DNA of 64,000 nucleotides from an uncultured Fibrobacterota bacterium (GCA_964419255.1 CAYQOU010000003.1:1417-65416), one strand, 5' to 3'; positions 29,156 to 39,660 are shown, numbered from the stretch's first letter. Program-made: numbers and translations. Notes: generated from the sequence alone by a model not told the origin.

Positions 29156-30121
29156 TTACACCGCCTGAGTCTGTCTCTTTCGACTGCGCTTATCGGCGAG
29201 CTGCCTGATCAGAGCTTTTTCTTCATCGCTGAGATTGTGCGGAATATGCACACGAACTCTGACCAGCAGGTCGCCTGATTTTCGACCATCTGTGCCGACC
29301 ATTCCTTTTTCGGGTATTCGCAACAGTGTGTCGTTGTCGGTCTCGGGCGGAATCGTCAGGTTTATCTTCTTACCGTTGAGAAGCTGGAACTGTTTTCTCC
29401 CACCCAGAAGTGCGGTAAACAGATCGATATCCATGGTGTATACCAAATCACGATCGTGTTGTTCGAAATGGGGATGTTTATCGATATGTATTGTGAGAAA
29501 CAGATCTCCCCGCGGTCCGCCGGCAATACCCTGTGCACCCTGACCCTGCAAACGGAGTCTCTGGCCGCTGACCGTACCCGGTGCGATGCGAATACGAAGC
29601 TTCTTGTCACCTACCTGAATGACTCTGTTAGCCCCGTTGGCCGCCTCTTCCAGAGAGATATGAAGATCCGCTTCATAATCACCTCCCTTTCGAGGACGCC
29701 GAACACCTCGATGAGTGGTACTTCCAGCAAATCCGCCCCCCCCGAAGATACTTTCAAAGAAATCGGAAAAACCTCCAAGGTTTTCAAACAGATCTTCCGC
29801 ATTGGCTGAATAGGAGTAATAATTTCCCTCGCCTCTGTAATCGCCTCCGTGTTGTCGAAACCAATCTCCCCAGTCGGCGGCGCCGGTTTGCTGATATCGT
29901 TGCCAGTCGCTACCCATGGTGTCGTATTTTTTCTTTTTCTCGGGATCACTGAGCACCTCATGTGCCTCGGTTATCTCCCTGAACCTTTCGGACGCCTGGG
30001 GATTATCCGGATTTTTATCCGGATGATATTTCATGGCAAGCTTGCGGTATGCCTTCTTAATATCCTCGGGTGAGGCACTTTTTTCGATTCCCAGTACCTT
30101 GTAATAATCTTTGTACTCCAT
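29156..30121 (-). CDS. cbpA: J-domain co-chaperone, CbpA-like (DnaJ without zinc finger)
   Basis: J domain ([33 protein letters not shown]), a G/F-like region and DnaJ C-terminal domains. There are no CxxCxGxG repeats. The ATG at 30121 has a GGAGG RBS. The stop abuts the mlaE start. Confidence 0.85.
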   Translation of the reverse strand: MEYKDYYKVLGIEKSASPEDIKKAYRKLAMKYHPDKNPDNPQASERFREITEAHEVLSDPEKKKKYDTMGSDWQRYQQTGAADWGDWFRQHGGDYRGEGNYYSYSANAEDLFENLGGFSDFFESIFGGGGFAGSTTHRGVRRPRKGGDYEADLHISLEEAANGANRVIQVGDKKLRIRIAPGTVSGQRLRLQGQGAQGIAGGPRGDLFLTIHIDKHPHFEQHDRDLVYTMDIDLFTALLGGRKQFQLLNGKKINLTIPPETDNDTLLRIPEKGMVGTDGRKSGDLLVRVRVHIPHNLSDEEKALIRQLADKRSRKRQTQAV

Positions 30122-30227
30122 AGTAGATACCTCCGGGCTGTAAGTCAGTGTCTCTTTGCATATCCAAAACCATGCCAAAACCCCGCCGGAAAGGCTGTCG
30201 ATTCAACCACTCATCACGATCCTACCA

Positions 30228-30257
30228 TTGAGCGATTCTCTCGCGGAAGTTCACAAC
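30228..30257 (+). repeat. Copy 1 of a ~30-nt intergenic repeat (TGAGCGATTCTCYCGCGG…)
   Basis: ttgagcgattctctcgcggaagttcacaac. It shares the first 19 nt with the copies at 39431 and 40751. Confidence 0.55.
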
Positions 30258-30570
30258 CTCTTGGGGCATAAGGGGGGCAACCAATCGGGGATATTTCGCG
30301 TGATTAAGGTCGAAGGTACCACTAAAAGTGACATAAATGTGAAACTTAAGCTGCTTAGACCGGCAATACGTATGGAGAAATAGTCGTGGTGAGCTGATAT
30401 AGAACTCTGTTTACCGGCGGGGAAATAGCTGCATCGCTGCGGTTAGCTGTTCAGCACTACTCGGTTTATGTACCAAAAAGAAATGCTACTCTGAGAAGTA
30501 TGACACTCATGGTTATCCGGGGGAAGTTAATCAAATGAGATTCGATGAATGGTATAAAAAAGAATGATAT

Positions 30571-30599
30571 AAAAAAGAAAAGGCGGTTTTCACCGCCTT
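30571..30599 (-). terminator. Rho-independent terminator downstream of the porin-like gene
   Basis: aaggcggt-tttc-accgcctt hairpin (30580-30599). On the minus strand it is followed by a T-run (complement of aaaaaagaa at 30571-30579). Confidence 0.65.
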
Positions 30600-30734
30600 C
30601 TCTCATCAGGCTCGCGCCTGATAACCCCATCATCATCACACACAGCGTCCACGTCTCATGGCACTACATTGATTACTAAATTAGTCATGTACAGAAAAAG
30701 TGTCAAGCATTTTTTTCCCTTTGTTTCAGTTTTG

Positions 30735-31925
30735 TTAAAAATGCGCAATGAATTGGAATTCGGGGCGAATTTCTGTCTTCATCTCGTTTTGCTCATCAGA
30801 TTCGCCAAACAGTGTCGTGAACACTCTAACCCGTGGCATGAGGGTCATGTATGGATTTAGCTTCCAGCCATAATTAAAATCTCCGAACAGGTAGTGTGTC
30901 ATCGCATCGTCCAGGTCCTGGTTATCGTTTGAGCTATAGGCCAGCTCGAAAATAAAACTACCCGGTCCGGCTTCGACCGATCCTCTCAGCCCGGCTATCA
31001 GTGCGGCTTTGTCTAAGGCGGTTTCGTCTGCAATGAGCGTATCCCGACCGACGGCCACTCTGTTTGTGGTGGTATCTATAAATTCATACTCATCGATGAT
31101 TACAGTAGCTGCACCGCTGTTTTCATTGCTAAGCTGGGCATACCCGAATTTTGCTGATAACTGAAACTTGTCACTGAAAGCATATCGGGCGGAAAAACCT
31201 CCCGCATACTCATGGTCGGACTCTTCGGTGTTTGCATTGTGCAGACGATTGAAAATCACGGACGCCTGCGGGGTGAGACTAAATTTGGCCACGTTTAGGG
31301 GAATATCCAGCACAAACATAACCGCATTCGGCTGATCTGGCGAATCCTCTGACAATGCTGGTGTGCGGTTTGTGATTATTGTCGAGAACAGATCAAATCC
31401 CAGCTTGAGTGTATTATTCACAATCGGTGCGCCGACTTTAATTCCCATGCTGCTTGCATTCGTACCAACCGCCCATCCCAGAAGTGCCGCTCCCCCATAG
31501 GTGTCTGCATTCAAAGATCTCTCGAGCAGGTCCAGCGGGCCATGTGATTGCACCGGTACGATACCCCCCATCAGGTAAAAGAGGCCAGGGTTCCAGTTAA
31601 AAAACGCAAGATGAAAATAGGGGTATAGCCCCTGCCTTTTCAGCCACGCCTCGTTTGCTTCCCAGTCCACATCCTCGGTTGCAATCCAGTCATTTCCAAC
31701 CTGGAACTGAAAGGACATACTCTCCGAAACGGAGGCCCGAATTCCCGCATGGTAAGCAATCTGATTACGGTATTCATTCGTGGTAACATTGTCTCCTTCA
31801 TCGGGACTGAGAATATGATATCTCATGCGCAGTCGGTATTGCGCATGAGCGTAGGGTTTAACTTCGATCTGAGCCGTTGCGGACAGTGCCGTAAGCAAAA
31901 TGATGCTCACAATAAGTCTTCGCAT
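30735..31925 (-). CDS. Porin-like outer-membrane beta-barrel protein
   Basis: Signal peptide (MRRLIVSIILLTALSATAQ). Alternating strand pattern and a C-terminal Phe (…PEFQFIAHF). Confidence 0.6.
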   Translation of the reverse strand: MRRLIVSIILLTALSATAQIEVKPYAHAQYRLRMRYHILSPDEGDNVTTNEYRNQIAYHAGIRASVSESMSFQFQVGNDWIATEDVDWEANEAWLKRQGLYPYFHLAFFNWNPGLFYLMGGIVPVQSHGPLDLLERSLNADTYGGAALLGWAVGTNASSMGIKVGAPIVNNTLKLGFDLFSTIITNRTPALSEDSPDQPNAVMFVLDIPLNVAKFSLTPQASVIFNRLHNANTEESDHEYAGGFSARYAFSDKFQLSAKFGYAQLSNENSGAATVIIDEYEFIDTTTNRVAVGRDTLIADETALDKAALIAGLRGSVEAGPGSFIFELAYSSNDNQDLDDAMTHYLFGDFNYGWKLNPYMTLMPRVRVFTTLFGESDEQNEMKTEIRPEFQFIAHF

Positions 31926-32133
31926 AGTTCCTCCTTGTATCGAGGGAAATTATCTGTAACGCTGCTTGTTCCGATTCTAAATCGGTGCTGCGGTGTAGTG
32001 AATATAAATAAAAAAGTAGGAATTTTGAACTTATTTGCAGAACAGCGGTTTGCGGGTTGGGTTATTTACTCTGTATATGTTATTTTATGGCTTTGTCGTC
32101 TATGGGCTTTACTCATGAAAGGGGTATGTTCCG

Positions 32134-33198
32134 GTGATTTTGCTGGTTGCGGTTATTTCCGCTCTCATCCTTATTTCCTTTACCTGTTCTATCCTCGAAT
32201 CAATCATACTGTCGATCACCGAACCGTACATCCAGCTGCTGATCGACCAGAACCGTAAATCCGGCCAGTTGCTCCGGAAACTAAAAGAACGAATCGATGA
32301 TCCGATCTCGGCTATTCTTACGCTTAACACCATAGCCAATACTGCGGGGGCGACGATCGCGGGGGCTATTGCACTGAGACTTTTCGGTTCACAGTGGATG
32401 GCACTTTTCTCCGGTGTACTGACTCTGGCCATACTGATTTTCGCCGAAATTATCCCCAAGACGCTTGGCGCCAGCTATTGGAAGACCATCGCACCTGCTG
32501 CAGGCTGGGTTCTCAACGGGATGGTGATAATTTTGCGTCCGATAACCATTCCGGTCAATTTTATCGCCCGTCTGCTGTCCCGTCAGAATCAGGCGATTCG
32601 GGTGAGTAAAGAGGAGGTGATAAATACTATCCGTCTGGGATACCTTCAGGGGGTGATAGAATCATCCGAGTTTGAAATAGTAGAGAATCTCTTCCAACTG
32701 AAAACGATCACCGTAAACAAGATCATGACACCCCGCACCGTGGTGCTATGGTTGCTTCCCGAGCAGACAACCGGCTCTCTTCTCGGTGACAGCCGTTTCC
32801 TTCAGTTCTCCCGCCTTCCTTTGTATGATCCCTCAGAAAATCGGGTGACCGGTATAGTGCTGCGGCGTGACATCATGAATCGAATCGCTCACGACGTCAT
32901 GGATCAGAAACTCTATACGCTTGCCGCGAAGCCGGAATTTGTAGCAGAAACCATGTCGGTCTATACTCTTCTGGACCGGCTCATTTCCCGCAAGATGCAT
33001 CTTGCGGTTGTGTTAAACGAGTATGGTGACTACACCGGAATCGTCACCATGGAGGATGCGGTCGAAACCCTTCTGGGCAGGGAAATCGTCGATGAGTCCG
33101 ATAGGGTCATTAACATGAGAGAGCTGGCAAGGCAGAGGATGAGCACCTGGCTCAGCGAGATTAAGAGGGGAAACAGGAGAGGTGGCCGGGTGGAATAA
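32134..33198 (+). CDS. CNNM/DUF21-CBS family transporter (HlyC/CorC-like, without the CorC_HlyC tail)
   Basis: Four N-terminal TM helices with DUF21-type sequence (…NTIANTAGATIAG…FAEIIPKTLG…), followed by a CBS pair. Confidence 0.8.
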   Translation: MILLVAVISALILISFTCSILESIILSITEPYIQLLIDQNRKSGQLLRKLKERIDDPISAILTLNTIANTAGATIAGAIALRLFGSQWMALFSGVLTLAILIFAEIIPKTLGASYWKTIAPAAGWVLNGMVIILRPITIPVNFIARLLSRQNQAIRVSKEEVINTIRLGYLQGVIESSEFEIVENLFQLKTITVNKIMTPRTVVLWLLPEQTTGSLLGDSRFLQFSRLPLYDPSENRVTGIVLRRDIMNRIAHDVMDQKLYTLAAKPEFVAETMSVYTLLDRLISRKMHLAVVLNEYGDYTGIVTMEDAVETLLGREIVDESDRVINMRELARQRMSTWLSEIKRGNRRGGRVE

Positions 33199-33245
33199 CT
33201 TTTGCTTTATAAGCCTTCCCAAAAATAGAAAATAAGGAGGCGGCG

Positions 33246-33755
33246 ATGGCAAAGGTTGCGGTGGTCATTGATGATTTCTTCGAGGACGTAGAATATACCG
33301 AGCCGGTGGGAGCATTTCAGGAGAAGGGTCACGAAATCACCACCGTGGGCCTTGTGGCCGGAAGGCAGGTGAAGGGGAAAAAGAATTCGACTCCGGTCGA
33401 CGTCATGAAAAGCTTCGATGAGGTGACGGCAGGCGATTTCGATGCCCTCTTGATTCCCGGCGGATACTCTCCCGACAGACTTCGCGCGCATCACAAGCCG
33501 GTAGCATTTGTAGCCGATTTTCTCAAAAGTGGTAAACCGGTTTTTGCTATTTGTCATGCCCCCCAGCTTCTAATAACTGCGGATGTACTGGCCGGCCGTA
33601 AGGTCACCGGCTACAAATCTATTATTCAAGACATTAAAAATGCGGGGGCCGAGTTTGTGGACCACAAGGTTGTGGAAGATGGAAACCTGATCTCCAGCCG
33701 GGGGCCGCAGGACATTCCTGCATTTATTCGCGCCTGTCTGAACAGGTTAGGTTAG
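33246..33755 (+). CDS. DJ-1/PfpI family protein (PfpI/YhbO-type)
   Basis: Nucleophile elbow AICHAPQLL. Also DALLIPGGYSPD and a 169-aa length. Confidence 0.85.
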   Translation: MAKVAVVIDDFFEDVEYTEPVGAFQEKGHEITTVGLVAGRQVKGKKNSTPVDVMKSFDEVTAGDFDALLIPGGYSPDRLRAHHKPVAFVADFLKSGKPVFAICHAPQLLITADVLAGRKVTGYKSIIQDIKNAGAEFVDHKVVEDGNLISSRGPQDIPAFIRACLNRLG

Positions 33756-33812
33756 TAAAAAGATTATATCGGTTTTGTTTTCTTTTCACTCGGCCTGCAG
33801 TGGAGATGGTTT

Positions 33813-36527
33813 ATGGTTCAGCAGAGTAGTGACACACGGGAAAAACCGGTCGTTGAGCCCTGGGGTAAAAAAGTTGACGAGGTGCTCAAACAGCTTGAGG
33901 TAGATCAGCAAAATGGTCTTAATGGCCATCAGGTACGTAACCGTCTTCAACACTGGGGAACAAACCGGCTTCAAGCTGACAAAAAAAGGGGAGTCCTGGC
34001 GATACTGATCGACCAGTCGAAAAGCATCCTGGTCATAATTCTTTTTGTGGCTGCGGTCCTGTCGTTTCTGTTTGGCAATATCGTCGAGGGTATTGCCATT
34101 CTGGCAGTGGTGGTTTTGAATGTCCTGGTTGGCTTTATCATGGAGCTGCGGGCTGTGCGCTCGATGGAGGCATTGCAGAAGCTGGGCCAGACAACAACCA
34201 CGGTTCTCCGTGAGGGACAGCCCGATGAGATTTCCGCCGAGCAACTGGTGCCTGGAGACATCGTTTTGATTGAAAGCGGAGATGTGGTCACCGCCGACAT
34301 TCGCCTTCTGGAGGCCAATAAGCTTCAGGCAGATGAGTCGGTGTTGACAGGGGAGTCGATGCCGGTGACAAAAAAAGTCGAGCCGATAGAGGCCGAAGCA
34401 TCTATGGCGGATCGTACAAACATGCTGTATAAGGGAACCGCTGTTACAAGGGGCAGTGGAGCGGGAGTGGTTGTCGGCACCGGTACCCTGACTGAGCTGG
34501 GGCGGATCTCTACATTGACTAAAGGAATCGAATCAAAAGGGACCTTACTGCAAAAGCAGATAGACCATCTGGGTAAGCGTCTCATCTGGTTAACCATCGG
34601 GGTCACGATTCTGATTGCGCTTGTAGGGATTCTGGCGGGAAAAGAGCTGGTGCTTATCATAGAAACCGCGGTCGCTCTGGCCGTGGCCACGGTTCCTGAG
34701 GGGCTCCCTATAGTGGCAACAATAGCTCTTGCCCGCGGGATGTGGCGCATGGCGCAGCGAAATGCCCTGATACGGCGTCTCTCGGCCGTCGAGACTCTGG
34801 GCTCCACCAGCATAATCCTGACCGATAAAACCGGTACACTCACCGAAAATCGCATGAGAGTGCAGAGGTACACTCTTGCGGACGGGCTAGTGGATATCTC
34901 TCAAAACGGGGAGACTTTCACACGCGATGACAAACAAACATCCGCAAAAGATGACCCTCTGCTGGAAAAAGCCCTCAGGGTCGGTGTTCTTTGCAATAAT
35001 GCGGCGATTACAACCGAGGATGAAGAGGTCGGCGAGCCGATGGAGGTTGCGCTGCTGCGGGCCGGGACGGTCGCCCAAATGGACAGAGAGGAAATCGTCG
35101 AACACATGCCGGAGGAGCGTGAGGAGGCTTTCGATCCGGATACGAAGATGATGGCAACTTTTCACAGGCAGGATGAAGAATATTTTGTCGCTGTCAAGGG
35201 GGCTCCGGAAGCGGTTTTGGCAAAATGTAGGGCTGTCGCATCGCCAGAAGGGTCGCCATCCCGATTGAGCGATTCGGGAAGAGAAAAATGGCTCGAGAAA
35301 AACAAAGAGATGGCGCAGGATGGACTGCGGGTGCTTGCCCTGGCAAGTAAGGAGGTGGAATCTGCGGATGTCGATCCGTATGAAAATCTGATTCTGCTTG
35401 GTTTGGTAGGTTTGGTTGATCCGCCGCGAGAGGATGTTCGTGAGGCTATACGGGTGTGTCACAAGGCGGGCATTCGGGTGGTTATGGTTACGGGTGATCA
35501 GCCTGAGACTGCCCGGAATGTCGCGAAAGCGGTGGCTGTTTCGGAAGGTTCGGTGGATGATCATGTTCATACGGGCAAGGCGCTGCAGGGTATCGATGAA
35601 AGCAGCGAAGAGGAAAAACAAAGACTGGTAGACACCTCGATATTCGCGCGAATCAGTCCGGAACAGAAACTTGATCTTATAAGGCTTCATCAGCAGCATG
35701 GCTCTATTGTGGCAATGATCGGTGACGGAGTAAACGATGCCCCTGCATTGAAGAAGGCAGATATCGGTGTGGCAATGGCTAAGCGGGGAACTCAGGTTGC
35801 CAAAGATGCCGCAGACATGCAGCTTCAGGACGATCGTTTCGCAACCATAATTGTTGCGGTTGCGCAGGGGCGTGCCATATTCGGAAACATCAGGAAGTTT
35901 ATCGAGTATCTGCTCTCACTGAATCTCAGCGAGGTGCTGGCGGTGGGGGCCGCATCGGTTGCCGGTCTCCCGTTACCGATTCTTCCCCTGCAGATTCTCT
36001 ATGTAAACCTGATAACCGATGTGTTTCCGGCTCTGGCTCTTGGAGTTGGTGAGGGGGAATCAAATATTATGGAAGGCGATCCCAGAGATCCTAAAGAGCC
36101 GATCCTGGCCGCCAAGCACTGGGCCGCCCTCAGCGGACTCGGGTTCATAATTGCGATTATCACGCTGGCGGCACTCGTTTTGGCTCTTAAGTGGTTTGGT
36201 GTCCCGCAAGAGAGGGCGGTCACCATCTCCTTTCTGACCATGGCACTGTCTCAGATATGGCAAGTGTTGAATGTGCGATCCAGAAAATCAAACATTATCA
36301 AAAATGAAATCACCAGAAACAAATGGGTGTGGGGATCGATTCTTTTATGTGTCGGATTAATAATATTTGCTGCATATATGCCCGGATTATCAAAGGTCTT
36401 GTCTCTGGTGCCGCCTACTTTAGACGAATGGCTGTTTATCGGGGGGATGAGCCTGCTGACAATCGTATTCGGTCAAATCTCGGTTGAAATAGCCGGCCTT
36501 TTCGGCTCTAAAAAGTCCAAGGAGTAA
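33813..36527 (+). CDS. P-type cation-transporting ATPase, P2 (Ca2+/cation) type
   Basis: DKTGTLTEN phosphorylation motif, TGES, VPEGLP in TM4, MVTGD and GDGVNDAPALKKADIG. Confidence 0.9.
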   Translation: MVQQSSDTREKPVVEPWGKKVDEVLKQLEVDQQNGLNGHQVRNRLQHWGTNRLQADKKRGVLAILIDQSKSILVIILFVAAVLSFLFGNIVEGIAILAVVVLNVLVGFIMELRAVRSMEALQKLGQTTTTVLREGQPDEISAEQLVPGDIVLIESGDVVTADIRLLEANKLQADESVLTGESMPVTKKVEPIEAEASMADRTNMLYKGTAVTRGSGAGVVVGTGTLTELGRISTLTKGIESKGTLLQKQIDHLGKRLIWLTIGVTILIALVGILAGKELVLIIETAVALAVATVPEGLPIVATIALARGMWRMAQRNALIRRLSAVETLGSTSIILTDKTGTLTENRMRVQRYTLADGLVDISQNGETFTRDDKQTSAKDDPLLEKALRVGVLCNNAAITTEDEEVGEPMEVALLRAGTVAQMDREEIVEHMPEEREEAFDPDTKMMATFHRQDEEYFVAVKGAPEAVLAKCRAVASPEGSPSRLSDSGREKWLEKNKEMAQDGLRVLALASKEVESADVDPYENLILLGLVGLVDPPREDVREAIRVCHKAGIRVVMVTGDQPETARNVAKAVAVSEGSVDDHVHTGKALQGIDESSEEEKQRLVDTSIFARISPEQKLDLIRLHQQHGSIVAMIGDGVNDAPALKKADIGVAMAKRGTQVAKDAADMQLQDDRFATIIVAVAQGRAIFGNIRKFIEYLLSLNLSEVLAVGAASVAGLPLPILPLQILYVNLITDVFPALALGVGEGESNIMEGDPRDPKEPILAAKHWAALSGLGFIIAIITLAALVLALKWFGVPQERAVTISFLTMALSQIWQVLNVRSRKSNIIKNEITRNKWVWGSILLCVGLIIFAAYMPGLSKVLSLVPPTLDEWLFIGGMSLLTIVFGQISVEIAGLFGSKKSKE

Positions 36528-36530
36528 TAC

Positions 36531-39374
36531 ATGTTTTTCCTTTTTGGTCTGATCCTGGTGATCGCCGGAGCCATACCCCTTATTATTACACTGTCGCGCA
36601 GGCAGAAAATGGCACATGATCGTTTTCAAAAGAGGGTTGTTTTTTCGGTGTGGTTTCTGGTGTGGGTAGTTTTAGCACTGATTGGCTCTAACATATTTTT
36701 CCATTTCTATACCGAATATCTGTGGTTTTCAAATCTCGACTATACCCGGCGTTTTTGGACGGTACTTACGGCAGAGTCTACGCTGTATGCGATCGGTGCC
36801 GCTGTTACATTTCTCTTTTTCTTCATTGTCATAAAGGTTGCTCTAGGCAAATCTTCCGGCTTCTCCTCCTGGCGCCCGGCAGCGATAACTGCTGCTCTTC
36901 TGGCGGCTTTTACCGGTCTGGGCGCCGGCGCATTATGGGAGAAGGCGCTTCTGTATATATACCAGGTTCAGTCACCGGTTAGTGAGCCCGTTTTCAACCG
37001 TCCTGTTAGTTATTATCTCTTTTCACTCCCCTTTTATTCAGAGTTGATTCCGTTGGTAGTCACTCTGCTTGTAGTAGGTACAGGCACCGCTGCGGTAACA
37101 TCGATGGTAAGCACGGCAGGCATACGTTCGGGAAATTTTGATTCGGGCCAGGCATCAAAACGCATGTGGAAAGTTGCGGGGCTGTTGATGTTTCTTGTGG
37201 GGGCGCTGTTACTGGTGCTTGCATTTAACTCTTATCTAGATCTCTTCCGGCTGTTATTTAACCGCAGCGGACCGGTGGTCGGAGCCGATTATGTTGATGT
37301 GAATTACCGGACAATAGGATTATATCTTACTATCGGAGCGTATCTGCTGGGTGCAATACTGCTTGTCGGTGGGGGTGTCTCAAAGACGTTTCGAAGAAAA
37401 GTACTTGGGTTTCAAATCCAACAAAGACCGGGTGGAAAATCGATCCGGAAAAGAACTCTGGTGATTCCTGCCGTCCTGGTTGGACTGGTGATTCTGTTCA
37501 GATGGGCAATACCTCAATTGGTAGCCTCCCTTTATGTTGAGCCAAACGAAATATCTTTGCAGTTACCATATGTCAAAAGAAATATCACCTATACCCGTTA
37601 TGCTTTTTCAATTGATTCAGCGCGCATAGACCAGGTGCAGTATAATGTAGGTGGCGATGTTACTCCACAGGTGGCGGATGAGAACCCACAGGCCCTCCAA
37701 AATGTGAGACTGTGGGACTGGCGGGCCTTGATGGACAACCTTCGTGAAAAGCAGGAGATACGACTGTACTATGTATTTAATGATGTCGATATCGATCGGT
37801 ATAACCTTCAGGATTACCATCAGACAATGCTCTCGGTGCGGGAGCTGGATAAATCAGCACTCTCTCCACAATCACAAAACTGGGTAAGTCGTCACCTTAA
37901 ATATACCCACGGATTTGGATTGGTGATGCTTCCGGTGCACGATTTTTTGCCACAAGGCGGTCCGGATTTTCTCATTAAAAGCATTCCACCCGAGGTGGAA
38001 ACTCCTCATTTACAGGTAGCACAGCCGAGAATCTATTATGGAGAGCTGACCGATGATGTGGTGTATGTAAATACAACCGAACCGGAGTTTGATTTTCCCG
38101 CCGGTGATACCAATCAGTACAACACCTATGATGGTCATGGTGGTGTAGGTATCGGCTCTCTTTTCCGTCGATTCGCCTTTGCGTTGAAAAACGCAGATTA
38201 TAGATTGTTATTATCTACCTACTTTACAGAAGATTCGAGAATCCTTTTTGATCGGCAGATAAAGACCCGAATACAAAAATTAGCTCCCTTTTTGCATCTT
38301 GACCGCGATCCTTATGCTGTCTTGACCGAGCGGGGGCGCATCGTTTTCATCGCCGACGCCTATACCACCTCGGAAGCATATCCATATGCTGAAAAGTACA
38401 GGGGACGCCTCGCTGACTATCTCGGTGTCAATTACATACGTAACTCGGTTAAAGTTGTCGTCGATGCATACCATGGAGATGTGGATTTTTATGTCGCCGA
38501 TACAAGCGATGTTATCATCAAAACCTATGAGCGTATTTTCCCCGGGCTTTTGAAGCCCATCTCCAGGATGCCCGATGATCTGCATCAGCATATACGGTAC
38601 CCTGTCGATTATTTTACTATTCAGGCAGAGATGTATGCGACCTATCATATGGCAGATCCCAATGTCTTTTACCAGAGGGAGGATGTCTGGGAGTTTGCCA
38701 CCGAGAGGTATCGGGAAAATTTTCAGTCGGTCACTCCCTATTATGTCATGGTGCATTTTCCGGAGGAAGAGAATATCGAAATGGTTCTGATGCTTCCCTT
38801 TACTCCTAAGAATAAGAATGTGATGAATGCATGGATGGCCGCTCGCTGTGATCCGCCGCATTACGGAAAATTGCGAGTTTTTCCGTTTCCCAAGGGAGTC
38901 GAGGTATTGGGGCCTCGTCAGATAGAGGCCAGGATAGATCAGGATACTCAAATGTCTCAGTTGATGACGTTGTGGGGGCAGCGCGGCTCATCGGTCATTC
39001 GGGGCAATTTACTGGCAATACCTCTTTTCAGTGAAAATACACTCTACATAATGTATGCGGAGCCGATTTTCATACAAGCCGAAAACGCTCAGCTTCCTGA
39101 AATAAAAAGAATCGTCCTCGCCGACCAGCAGAGAGTGGTATGGGCTGATAATTTCGAAAATGCACTTGAGCGGCTCACCGGCCGGAAGGAGGCACAGGCT
39201 GAGGAGGCTCCACCGCAGGCAACCGGACAGGCTCAACCCTCACTGCCGCTGATCAGGCGTGCGGTCGATCAGTTCGAACAGTATCAGAGCGCCCTGCGGG
39301 CAGGAAACTATGAAGAGGCGGGCAGAGCGCTGGATCGGTTGAAGCAGACGATGCGGCAGCTTGAAAAAAGTTGA
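36531..39374 (+). CDS. UPF0182 (COG1615) family large membrane protein
   Basis: The N-terminus has about 7 TM helices and the characteristic YTEYLWFSNLDY segment, followed by a large soluble C-terminal region. The start lies 3 nt after the ATPase stop, with an AAGGAG RBS inside the ATPase 3' end. Confidence 0.65.
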   Translation: MFFLFGLILVIAGAIPLIITLSRRQKMAHDRFQKRVVFSVWFLVWVVLALIGSNIFFHFYTEYLWFSNLDYTRRFWTVLTAESTLYAIGAAVTFLFFFIVIKVALGKSSGFSSWRPAAITAALLAAFTGLGAGALWEKALLYIYQVQSPVSEPVFNRPVSYYLFSLPFYSELIPLVVTLLVVGTGTAAVTSMVSTAGIRSGNFDSGQASKRMWKVAGLLMFLVGALLLVLAFNSYLDLFRLLFNRSGPVVGADYVDVNYRTIGLYLTIGAYLLGAILLVGGGVSKTFRRKVLGFQIQQRPGGKSIRKRTLVIPAVLVGLVILFRWAIPQLVASLYVEPNEISLQLPYVKRNITYTRYAFSIDSARIDQVQYNVGGDVTPQVADENPQALQNVRLWDWRALMDNLREKQEIRLYYVFNDVDIDRYNLQDYHQTMLSVRELDKSALSPQSQNWVSRHLKYTHGFGLVMLPVHDFLPQGGPDFLIKSIPPEVETPHLQVAQPRIYYGELTDDVVYVNTTEPEFDFPAGDTNQYNTYDGHGGVGIGSLFRRFAFALKNADYRLLLSTYFTEDSRILFDRQIKTRIQKLAPFLHLDRDPYAVLTERGRIVFIADAYTTSEAYPYAEKYRGRLADYLGVNYIRNSVKVVVDAYHGDVDFYVADTSDVIIKTYERIFPGLLKPISRMPDDLHQHIRYPVDYFTIQAEMYATYHMADPNVFYQREDVWEFATERYRENFQSVTPYYVMVHFPEEENIEMVLMLPFTPKNKNVMNAWMAARCDPPHYGKLRVFPFPKGVEVLGPRQIEARIDQDTQMSQLMTLWGQRGSSVIRGNLLAIPLFSENTLYIMYAEPIFIQAENAQLPEIKRIVLADQQRVVWADNFENALERLTGRKEAQAEEAPPQATGQAQPSLPLIRRAVDQFEQYQSALRAGNYEEAGRALDRLKQTMRQLEKS

Positions 39375-39430
39375 AATCGATATGCAGGCGGATTACCAGT
39401 CGCCGATTTAAAGACTGTGTATATCCCAAA

Positions 39431-39460
39431 TTGAGCGATTCTCCCGCGGTGATTCGCACA
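39431..39460 (+). repeat. Copy 2 of the ~30-nt intergenic repeat
   Basis: ttgagcgattctcccgcggtgattcgcaca. It matches the copy at 40751-40780 at 27 of 30 positions. Confidence 0.6.
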
Positions 39461-39611
39461 GTTGCTTTTGGTCATAAGGGGTTTTCGGCATCTGGAAAAT
39501 CTACAGAGGATATTCCAAACGATTGCACGATTGCTTCAACCCTTCTGCCCTCGAGAAATTGCGCGAATCATCCGCTCCGAACCGCACAGCTTTGGAATTT
39601 ATTTTTTTGCC

Positions 39612-39646
39612 GAATCCTTGATCCCTGATTCTCCGGCTTTGCCCGG
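39612..39646 (+). promoter_or_regulatory. Conserved start-proximal motif with a small hairpin (GATTCTCCGGCTYTGCC)
   Basis: gaatccttgatccctgattctccggctttgcccgg, ending about 15 nt before the ATG at 39661. A related sequence lies at 63630-63671, before the ATG at 63685. Confidence 0.3.
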
Positions 39647-39660
39647 ATTTAGGAGAACGT

